Below, piece after piece: positions 1 to 7,495 of a stretch of DNA of 64,000 bases. Each line of letters opens with the position of its first letter. Position 1 is the stretch's first letter. This stretch comes from Acidobacteriota bacterium (GTDB lineage Bacteria > Acidobacteriota > Terriglobia > Acidiferrales > UBA7541), in NCBI GenBank assembly GCA_003223325.1, contig QHYS01000028.1:38127-102126 (forward strand), read 5' to 3'. The notes beneath the pieces were generated by a model. The model ran no database searches. It was not told where the DNA came from and saw only the letters and a list, made by a program, of their open reading frames with translations. Both the position numbers and the translations under genes were made by a program.

Positions 1-2279
1 GCGCAGGCCGCCAGCCACAGGCGGCAGCCCTGCTTCGCAAACTGCTCGAGGCGGAGCCAGATAACCTTCGCGTGCTCACGCGGGTGGCGGAATTGGCGAT
101 GGCCATGAATCAGCCCGGCGAAGCGGCGGCGGCGTTTCGGAGCGCGGCTGAGCAACTGCATAATCATGGTAACCATGCCGAAGCGATCAAATATGCCGAT
201 CGCGTCATCAAGATCGACGCGAAGGATGGGCATGTACTCATCATCAAAGCGCGAGCCCTGGCCGCAATGGGGCAAAATTCCACGGCCGTTTCGCTTCTCG
301 CCTCCCTGATAGAATCGGAACACCACGACGATGCTGCCGCGCTACTCATCGATCTGTACTTGCGGGAAGAGCAATCGGCGCCGGCCATCGAACTCGCCTC
401 GAAAATCTTCGCTCGTAATTCCGGTAATTTCGCGCCCTTACGCCAGGTCGTTACAAAGATTCTTGACGGAAAACAACCTGACACCGCTCTTCCGCTCATC
501 GATCTGATTCGGGCCGTGATGATCGAGAAAGGCGAGCATGAGGCAGTGGCGCAAATGCTCAGCTCTGCTGCCGGGCGCCTCCCGGATAAGGTTGAGCCCC
601 GCGAGTGGCTGGTGGAAGTCTACAAACAGACCAGCGATTCATTTCGTTTGCCGGAGGCTCTTGCCGAACTGGCCGCCATCTATAAAACCGTTGGCGACCG
701 AAAACGGGCAGCGCAGGTTTATGAGGAAATTCTCGAACGGGATCCTGAGAATGAAAGGATCCGCCACGAATATGAAAAGCTGAAGGGCAAATCGACGGGT
801 GAACCACATGGCAAGCCGGCAGAGACAGTGCCGCCGGCGGAGAGGCTTCCGGCAGCTCCCCAACGATCCGCCGCTCGGACCCAGCCTTTGGATTCCCATC
901 TCGATGAAGAAACGCAGCGGTTCGTAACCCAAGCGCTCACCGATATCGACCTGTTCTCGAGCTACGGTCTAACTCAAAAGGCTATCGATCTCCTCGAGAT
1001 CGTGTTGCAGCGAGTTCCAGGTCACGCACAAACGCTCGAGCGTTTGCTGGACCATTATCTCGGAGCAGGCGACGAAAACCGAACCGCGGAACTGGCCGCA
1101 CAGCTCGAACAGATTCACACGGAACGCGGGAACTTAGCCGCCGCCGAACGTTTCGCCGATTTGCGCGAGCGCTTCGAACAGGCCGCGCGTGCGACGAAAC
1201 CAACACCCCCTGCCAGGAAAGTGCAGTCGGCTCGAGAGTTCCCAGTCCTGCCGGATGTCGAGGAAACTAGTCAAACTGAATCGATACCAGCAGAAGTGGA
1301 GGAACTAGTGGAGCCTGCCGAGCAGGCGAGTGAAAAGACTCCCAGCCACCAGTCCGCCGTCCACGAGTTGGATCTTTCCGAAGAGTGGGCCGCACTTGCA
1401 AGCGAGGTTGATGCCACTCGAAGCGAAATGGAAGATGTGCCGACGGCGGCCGCCGGACCAAAAAGCTCTGCTGAACTACCTGGTAAACCGGCGCGGGAAT
1501 TTGATGTTCCAGCGACTGGACTCCCTGGTTTGGACGGAATGACGGAGATGCGAGAGGTTCTCCGATCGGATGGTCCAGGTGCCGGACCGAAAAGTCCCTC
1601 GAAGGAAGATTACGTCCTGGAGTTGGACACTTCGCAAACTGCTAATGAAGGATCTGGCGGTGGGGCGACCGCAAAGGATTTCTTGGAGGCGCTTTCCAGC
1701 GACCTGGAGGCCGCACTGCCGTCGCTCACGGCTGATCAAAATGCGCGGCACCATAACAGCTCGCGCGATGCCAACGAAAATGTGCAATCCGTGGGAGGGA
1801 CCTCATTCCCGACGTCTGATAGGCAGGCGAGCCCGCTCAGCGAAATTTTCGATCAATTTCGGTCCGAGGTTGGCGAACTGGGAGCCGAAGATGAGGATTT
1901 GGAGACTCACTATAACCTTGGAATTGCGTATCGAGAGATGGGTCTCATTGAAGAGGCCATCAGTGAATTTCAGAAAGTGGCAAAGGGCAGCAGTAAGGGA
2001 CAGGCCTTCCGCTACGCGATGCAGTGCTGCACACTCCTGGGGTTGGCCTTCATGGAAAAGGGCGAGCCGGCCATCGCTGCCACGTGGTACGAGCGCGCCT
2101 TAGCCATGCCCGGGCTGGACCAAGAAACTACCCTTGCTCTGCGGTATGATCTAGGAGTAGCGCAAGAGCTCGCGGGCGATATGGCCGCCGCCCGAAAGAG
2201 CTTCTCGCAAGTCTACGGCATGAACATTGACTACCGCGACGTTGCCGAACGGCTCTCCTCACTCGGAAACGAGCGTTAA
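1..2279 (+). CDS. TPR-repeat protein with acidic low-complexity middle region (5-prime partial at window edge)
   Basis: Frame 3 is open from nt 3 with no stop, so the GTG at 72 is probably internal. TPR-like helical repeats are present (AEAIKYADRVIKIDAKDGH; YNLGIAYREMGLIEEAISEFQKV; ATWYERALAMPG). The central region is E/P/S-rich. Confidence 0.7.
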   Translation, partial: AGRQPQAAALLRKLLEAEPDNLRVLTRVAELAMAMNQPGEAAAAFRSAAEQLHNHGNHAEAIKYADRVIKIDAKDGHVLIIKARALAAMGQNSTAVSLLASLIESEHHDDAAALLIDLYLREEQSAPAIELASKIFARNSGNFAPLRQVVTKILDGKQPDTALPLIDLIRAVMIEKGEHEAVAQMLSSAAGRLPDKVEPREWLVEVYKQTSDSFRLPEALAELAAIYKTVGDRKRAAQVYEEILERDPENERIRHEYEKLKGKSTGEPHGKPAETVPPAERLPAAPQRSAARTQPLDSHLDEETQRFVTQALTDIDLFSSYGLTQKAIDLLEIVLQRVPGHAQTLERLLDHYLGAGDENRTAELAAQLEQIHTERGNLAAAERFADLRERFEQAARATKPTPPARKVQSAREFPVLPDVEETSQTESIPAEVEELVEPAEQASEKTPSHQSAVHELDLSEEWAALASEVDATRSEMEDVPTAAAGPKSSAELPGKPAREFDVPATGLPGLDGMTEMREVLRSDGPGAGPKSPSKEDYVLELDTSQTANEGSGGGATAKDFLEALSSDLEAALPSLTADQNARHHNSSRDANENVQSVGGTSFPTSDRQASPLSEIFDQFRSEVGELGAEDEDLETHYNLGIAYREMGLIEEAISEFQKVAKGSSKGQAFRYAMQCCTLLGLAFMEKGEPAIAATWYERALAMPGLDQETTLALRYDLGVAQELAGDMAAARKSFSQVYGMNIDYRDVAERLSSLGNER

Positions 2280-2562
2280 CGTTCGCTCCTTCCCTGCACG
2301 ACTGATTCGCGTCCTCTGCACGCTCTTTCTATTTGAAGTGGGGGTTATCCTTTTGTTCATACCGTGGGTCAGCTTGTCGTCGAGCCAATACTCTGGCTTG
2401 TGGGATCGAAACTACTTCCTGAGCCACTATCCCAGCGTTCGGCCTTTCGTCCTGCACCCATCTGTGCGCGGCGTCGTCAGTGGGCTTGGCGCGCTCGATA
2501 TCATCGTCGCCGCGGGAATGTTGCGGCGGCAGTCGCATGCCGGAGAGAATGCGGGCTCCTAA
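2227..2562 (+). CDS. small hypothetical membrane protein (two predicted TM segments); start uncertain
   Basis: 111-aa ORF with hydrophobic stretches LCTLFLFEVGVILLFIPWV and VVSGLGALDIIVAAGML. It overlaps the upstream stop by 52 nt, so the true start may be later. Confidence 0.4.
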   Translation: MTTATLPNGSPHSETSVNVRSFPARLIRVLCTLFLFEVGVILLFIPWVSLSSSQYSGLWDRNYFLSHYPSVRPFVLHPSVRGVVSGLGALDIIVAAGMLRRQSHAGENAGS

Positions 2563-2565
2563 TCT

Positions 2566-3216
2566 TTGCAAACGCCTGACAAATTTATTCTTTGCTACGT
2601 AACCGACCGCCACTCGTTGGATGTTGCGGCCGGCGCGGACCGCGAAGCGACCCTGGCGCAGCGCATCCAGAATGCTGCGTGCTCAGGGGTCCTGTGGGTT
2701 CAGATCCGGGAGAAAGATTTGCCGGCGCGGAACCTGATGGAGCTTACGCGCACGGCGATTCGTGCTTGCAATAACGGCACGATGCAGATCCTGGTCAATG
2801 ATCGATGCGATGTGGCTTGGGCCGCGGGCGCTGCAGGCGTGCACGTCGGGGAAAAGTCGCTGCCGGTTGCGGTGCTGATCGATGCGCGGCGTGCCTCTGG
2901 ACGGACAAACTCTCTCGTGGGGACTTCCTGTCACTCGGTGAGCGGCGCTATCACCGCGGCGGAAGAAGGCGCAGATTATCTTTTCTTCGGGCCTGTTTTT
3001 GCAACACCTTCGAAAGCAGCCCTTGGCGCTCCGCAAGGGTTGGCGAAATTGGCTCAAGTGTGCAGCGCCGTATGCATCCCGGTGATTGCCATTGGAGGAA
3101 TTACCGTCCAGAATGCGCGAGCGTGCCGCGAAGCAGGTGCCGCGGGAATCGCCGCCATTCGCCTTTTTCAACAGCATCGCGATCTTGCAGAAATCGTTGC
3201 GAGCCTAACTGCGTAG
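2566..3216 (+). CDS. thiE: thiamine-phosphate synthase
   Basis: TMP-TENI family motifs: LCYVTDR, VLWVQIREKDL, VHVGEKSLP, GTSCHS, ADYLFFGPVFATPSK, IPVIAIGGIT. The start codon is TTG. Confidence 0.85.
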   Translation: MQTPDKFILCYVTDRHSLDVAAGADREATLAQRIQNAACSGVLWVQIREKDLPARNLMELTRTAIRACNNGTMQILVNDRCDVAWAAGAAGVHVGEKSLPVAVLIDARRASGRTNSLVGTSCHSVSGAITAAEEGADYLFFGPVFATPSKAALGAPQGLAKLAQVCSAVCIPVIAIGGITVQNARACREAGAAGIAAIRLFQQHRDLAEIVASLTA

Positions 3217-3227
3217 GGACTCAGGAC

Positions 3228-4289
3228 TCAAGCGCCCAGCCAGCGGCCCCATGGTTGCCAATCGGGCACGTGATCGCAAATCACTTTCAGCGTCGCCGTG
3301 ACGGGAATGGCAAGGATTAATCCGAAGGCGCCCCACAGCCAACCCCAAAACAAAAGTGAGATGGTGACTGCGAGCGGGTTCAGGTGAACGCTGCGGCCCA
3401 CGATCGCGGGCATAAGCACATTGGCCGCGAGTATGTGAAATACGCTCAGTACACCCGCCACAATCAAAAAGGGTCCAATGCTATGCCATTTATCAAGCCC
3501 GATCAAAAATGGCGGAATCCAACTCAGAATAACCCCTATATACGGAATCATGTTGACCAGCCCCGACACGAGAGCAGCCAGAAACGCGTAATCCAAATGC
3601 ATGATGGCAAAGAAAATCCAGCAGGCCCCGGCGAGAATCCCGGCCACCAGGCTGCTGCCCGCCACGTAGCTGCGCAAGACCACGTTCACATCGTCGAGCG
3701 CGCTCCTCACGTCTGCACGCGAAGTATCCGAGAAGAGCTCGATCGTGGCGCGCCAAAGCCGGGGTTTCGCAGCGAGCATGAAGAAGACGAGAAACGGGAG
3801 AAATGCCCAAAGCAACAGACCCGAGGTGATGGAGCCAATTCCATGCAGCAGCCAGTCTCGGATTTGCTGTATTTCGTTAGCGCTCACGCTGGGTTGCTGC
3901 GGAGCTTGCGCTGGGACCACAATGGAGAATTCACGTTCGATCGCGGCGACCCTGCGATCCATGGATTCGGCCGCTCGCCTTAGAACGGCGCTATAACGCG
4001 GCCAAGCGTCTGCGAAACTCTGTGTCCGGTTCACCAAGAGATAGGCCACTGCGCCGACCGCAGCTATGGCCACAAAGAGCACGACCAGAGCTCCGAGCGC
4101 GCGTGGAACGTGAATACGTTCCAGCAGGACGACACCCGGATCGAGAAAATAGGCCAGAAGCACCGCCAGTATCACCGTCATGACGATACTCGAGGCCAAG
4201 TAGAGAAACGCGAAGAGCACGCCCAGCGCGATAATGCGCTGGGCCAGACTCGATCGCGTAGGGGCGATTTGGACGTTCGTTGTAGCCAT
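3228..4289 (-). CDS. AI-2E family (PerM/YhhT-like) transporter
   Basis: 353 aa, polytopic. The C-terminal signature FGLILAIPVTATLKVI is typical of the AI-2E/UPF0118 family. Confidence 0.8.
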   Translation of the reverse strand: MATTNVQIAPTRSSLAQRIIALGVLFAFLYLASSIVMTVILAVLLAYFLDPGVVLLERIHVPRALGALVVLFVAIAAVGAVAYLLVNRTQSFADAWPRYSAVLRRAAESMDRRVAAIEREFSIVVPAQAPQQPSVSANEIQQIRDWLLHGIGSITSGLLLWAFLPFLVFFMLAAKPRLWRATIELFSDTSRADVRSALDDVNVVLRSYVAGSSLVAGILAGACWIFFAIMHLDYAFLAALVSGLVNMIPYIGVILSWIPPFLIGLDKWHSIGPFLIVAGVLSVFHILAANVLMPAIVGRSVHLNPLAVTISLLFWGWLWGAFGLILAIPVTATLKVICDHVPDWQPWGRWLGA

Positions 4290-4461
4290 GGCTAATATTT
4301 TACTCGGGCGAGGTTAGGAAGCGTGATCACCCCGACCCCCTCTTGGCGGAAGCCTTGGTTATAACTCTAATTCCATTTTGATCGTTTGCTCTCTTGGCTT
4401 TGTAGAAATGAGCAGGCGGCTTGCTCCCTAAGACCTGCTGCGCTACCGTAAGCCTACGCAG

Positions 4462-5292
4462 ATGATCGCCGCAATTATTTCCAATCCACTCTCGCGGCTC
4501 AGCGTGCGCGCGGCGCTGGATATCCTGATCATCGCGATGTTGATTTACTACATGTTGAAGCTGCTGCGCGGAACGCGCGCCATGCAGATGCTGATCGCCA
4601 TCCTGCTCCTGGTTATCTTGTATGAAGGCGCCCGCAGAGCGCAATTCGAAATGGTGGAGTGGCTTCTGGACACCTTGCTGCCATATGTTGCGATCGCGCT
4701 CATCGTGCTTTTTCAGCCGGAAATCCGCCGCGCCCTTGACCGCTTCGGGCGGAATCTTTCATTGGCCCGATTCTCTTCGAACAGCCCCGCCTCCTCTTTC
4801 GATGACGTCGTACTGGCGGCGGGCTACTTTGCCCAGAATCGCATTGGCGCCTTGATCGCCTTTGAGCGCGACGTCGGCCTGCGCACCTATATCGAGAGCG
4901 GCCTCCCGTTGGATGCCAACCTGAGCTATGACTTGCTGCTGGCCATATTCCGCCCGGGCTCCCCGCTGCACGACGGCGCTGTGATCGTGCAAGGCACACG
5001 CATGGCTGCCGCTGCATGCTTCTTGCCCCTCACACTCAACCCCTTGACCTCCAATCAGCTCGGTACCCGTCATCGCGCAGCCATCGGCGTCACGGAAGAA
5101 AGCGATGCGGTAGCCGTAGTCGTCTCTGAGCAAACCGGGGCCATTTCGCTCGCGGTTGGCGGCACCATCGAACTTGGGTTGAACGTGGAGCAGTTAACCG
5201 AAAGGCTTGTCGATCTCTTCCGGCGGTTCCGCACAACCTTGGCCTTGCCGACACCTCTTCCAGGCGCGCGCGTGACGGGGAAAGCCGACTGA
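4462..5292 (+). CDS. cdaA: diadenylate cyclase CdaA (c-di-AMP synthase)
   Basis: Three N-terminal TM helices followed by a DAC domain: GALIAFERD, SPLHDGAVIV, LGTRHRAAIGVTEESDAVAVVVSEQTGAISLAV. Confidence 0.9.
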   Translation: MIAAIISNPLSRLSVRAALDILIIAMLIYYMLKLLRGTRAMQMLIAILLLVILYEGARRAQFEMVEWLLDTLLPYVAIALIVLFQPEIRRALDRFGRNLSLARFSSNSPASSFDDVVLAAGYFAQNRIGALIAFERDVGLRTYIESGLPLDANLSYDLLLAIFRPGSPLHDGAVIVQGTRMAAAACFLPLTLNPLTSNQLGTRHRAAIGVTEESDAVAVVVSEQTGAISLAVGGTIELGLNVEQLTERLVDLFRRFRTTLALPTPLPGARVTGKAD

Positions 5293-5699
5293 TGCGCCCC
5301 ATCCGCCGACTCTTCCTGCACAATCTGCGCCTAAAGCTCATTGCTTTGGGCATCTCGTTTTTCCTATGGGTCACCTATACCGCAGAACCGTTCGAGCAGA
5401 TTGTCTATAACGTCTCTGTGGCTTATGTGAACGTGCCTGACGGGCTGGCTGTAGGCGGAGCACCCCCAAATGCGGTGCGGGTGGTGCTCCGCGGGCGGTC
5501 GGGGCTGCTCCGTCGCCTTACGCCTGCCGACCTAACTATTGCTGTAGATCTCGCTAACGTTCCGTCGGGTGACGTTCCCATTCGCCTTTCTCCGACCATG
5601 GTTGGCGCCCCTTACGGAACCGAGGTTATACGCTTGGCCCCCGCGGAATTCCGCGTCTCCCTTGTACCCACAAAGATACCCCCAGGGGCATCGGAATAA
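5292..5699 (+). CDS. cdaR: YbbR-like domain protein, CdaA regulator CdaR (short, single-repeat form)
   Basis: The start overlaps the cdaA stop (TGATG). It has an N-terminal TM anchor plus a YbbR-like beta-rich repeat. Its position between cdaA and glmM matches the conserved operon. Confidence 0.6.
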   Translation: MRPIRRLFLHNLRLKLIALGISFFLWVTYTAEPFEQIVYNVSVAYVNVPDGLAVGGAPPNAVRVVLRGRSGLLRRLTPADLTIAVDLANVPSGDVPIRLSPTMVGAPYGTEVIRLAPAEFRVSLVPTKIPPGASE

Positions 5700-5759
5700 T
5701 CCAATCATCGTGCTAGGATGACTTCAGGGTAGACCCCTAGCCCGGACCGAATTTTCGCA

Positions 5760-7103
5760 ATGTCCAAAGAACTCTTCGGAACCGATGGCATCCGCGGCAT
5801 ACCCGGCGAATATCCCCTGGACGACCAAACCCTTTACTGGGTCGGCCGCAGCGTCGGAGGCTATCTCCGCTTATGCAATAACCATCCTCGGGTACTCATC
5901 GGCACCGACACTCGGGAATCTGGCACGCATATCGCCTCCGAAATTGCCGCCGGACTCGCCGAGGAAGGTATTCGGAACTCATTCGCAGGAGTGATCACGA
6001 CGCCAGGTGTAGCGTGCCTAGTACGCAAAGAAGGATTTGCAGCCGGTGTGGTGATTTCAGCTTCCCATAATCCATACCATGACAACGGCATAAAGCTTTT
6101 TGCCGGGTCGGGGATGAAGTTCCCCGACGGGATCGAGGAACAGATCGAGAATGAAATCTTGGGCCATCGCAGTGGTCAGCCGCCCGTGCCGACTGCGCGG
6201 CTTACACCAGACAGACAACTGGATGAGGACTACCTCGAATTTCTCCGCGGCTGCATCATCCCTGGAGCTAACCTTTCCCGCCTTAAACTCGTGCTCGATT
6301 GCGCCAATGGGGCAGCCAGTTCGCTTGCTCCTGCCCTATTCCGCTCGCTTGGGGCGAAAGTGATCGCCATTCACGACACGCCTGACGGACGCAATATCAA
6401 TGCAAACTGCGGGTCGCTGTATCCACGCGACCTACAGAAAAGAGTCCCGCGCGTAGGCGCCAGCCTGGGTGTGGCCTTCGACGGAGATGCCGACCGCGCC
6501 ATGTTTGTCACAGCTTCGGGGCGCGTCGTAGATGGGGACGGCGTGCTACTTACCGCAGCCCGTTATCTGCGCTCCATGGGCAAACTGAAAGGTACGGCAG
6601 TCGTGGGAACTGCGATGACAAATCTGGGCCTGGAGCGGGCGTTGGCGGCTGGGGGTCTCAGTCTTGTGCGGGTGCCCGTCGGCGACCGCTATGTGCTCGA
6701 GGAGATGCTACGCAGAGGTGCGAATCTCGGGGGCGAGCAATCCGGACATGTAATCTTCCTCGACGACGCGACCACAGGAGATGGTCTGCTTACCGCTCTC
6801 AAGATCGCCTGTCTAGTTGTGCTGCAGGGGCCTTTGGACGAACTCGTGAAAGATCTTAAGACTTATCCTCAAGCCATTCTGAATGTGAACGTTCGGGCGA
6901 AGCCACCGCTCGAATCCCTTCCGGAAGTCTCACGCACGCTTGATGATGCCACGCGGGCCTTGGGGGAATCAGGCCGAGTGGTGCTGCGCTATTCGGGCAC
7001 GGAGCCTAAAGCCAGGGTGATGGTGGAAGCCGAGCACGCGGAGGACGTACAACGATGGGCGGAGCGCCTAGCGAGCGCGGTTAGATCTGCCCTTGGTGCG
7101 TGA
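5760..7103 (+). CDS. glmM: phosphoglucosamine mutase
   Basis: GTDGIRG, the active-site loop SASHNPYHDNGIK, GVAFDGDADR, GGEQSGH. 447 aa. Confidence 0.95.
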   Translation: MSKELFGTDGIRGIPGEYPLDDQTLYWVGRSVGGYLRLCNNHPRVLIGTDTRESGTHIASEIAAGLAEEGIRNSFAGVITTPGVACLVRKEGFAAGVVISASHNPYHDNGIKLFAGSGMKFPDGIEEQIENEILGHRSGQPPVPTARLTPDRQLDEDYLEFLRGCIIPGANLSRLKLVLDCANGAASSLAPALFRSLGAKVIAIHDTPDGRNINANCGSLYPRDLQKRVPRVGASLGVAFDGDADRAMFVTASGRVVDGDGVLLTAARYLRSMGKLKGTAVVGTAMTNLGLERALAAGGLSLVRVPVGDRYVLEEMLRRGANLGGEQSGHVIFLDDATTGDGLLTALKIACLVVLQGPLDELVKDLKTYPQAILNVNVRAKPPLESLPEVSRTLDDATRALGESGRVVLRYSGTEPKARVMVEAEHAEDVQRWAERLASAVRSALGA

Positions 7104-7264
7104 CAAAGCGTGCTCGTGCTTCCCAAAGGCCGTATTGTGGCGGATCAAGGGCTGTGAAAAATCATATTTAAAGGCGTGTTTGGCGCTCCCATCGCATTGC
7201 AAGCTAATCCTTAAGTCACGGATATTAAACTGGTTATCGTTGCTTACAAATTGCAGCCTGGCGC

Positions 7265-7280
7265 TGGCACGGAGCGTGCA
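7265..7280 (+). promoter_or_regulatory. candidate sigma-54 (-24/-12) promoter
   Basis: TGGCACG GAGC GTGCA compared with the consensus TGGCACG-N4-TTGCW (one mismatch). It lies in a non-coding gap and is preceded by an AT-rich tract at 7130-7260. Confidence 0.4.
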
Positions 7281-7290
7281 GTTACATGAA

Positions 7291-7413
7291 GCACTGTTTC
7301 CCGGGGGAATGCTTCCCGCACGGAGAGCGGGAATGGCGGGTGAGGTCGTTGCTACTACAGTATGGGGTGGAACACAAGGGGCCCGGCGCGGGCCCCTTTT
7401 ATTTTTTATTTCA
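7291..7413 (+). ncRNA. candidate roughly 110-120 nt small RNA (sigma-54 promoter to intrinsic terminator)
   Basis: No credible ORF is present. Internal hairpin CCCGC-ACGGAGA-GCGGG at 7315-7331. The region ends in a perfect GC hairpin plus U-tract. The 5-prime end is inferred from promoter spacing only. Confidence 0.3.
7378..7413 (+). terminator. rho-independent terminator
   Basis: GGGGCCCG-GCG-CGGGCCCC (8-bp GC stem, 3-nt loop) followed by TTTTATTTTTTATTT. An A-rich tract on the other side could give weak bidirectional function for nrdJ. Confidence 0.75.
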
Positions 7414-7495
7414 GTAGCCTACCGAATTCGGATCAGATCAAGCCGTTCTCCAACTGAAGACATGGGCTCGAATTGTTAGAAATTCGTTAGTTAAG

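Noticed and set aside
2280-2566. Possible TPP riboswitch upstream of thiE
   Set aside because: There is no CTGAGA...ACCTGATCTGGATAATGCCAGCG-like core, and the interval is occupied by a plausible small membrane ORF.
7093-7479. 128-aa ORF spanning the glmM-nrdJ gap
   Set aside because: It has a TTG start overlapping the glmM stop, Cys/Leu/Ser-rich odd composition, and crosses an AT-rich tract and an intrinsic terminator. The non-coding interpretation (promoter + sRNA + terminator) fits better.
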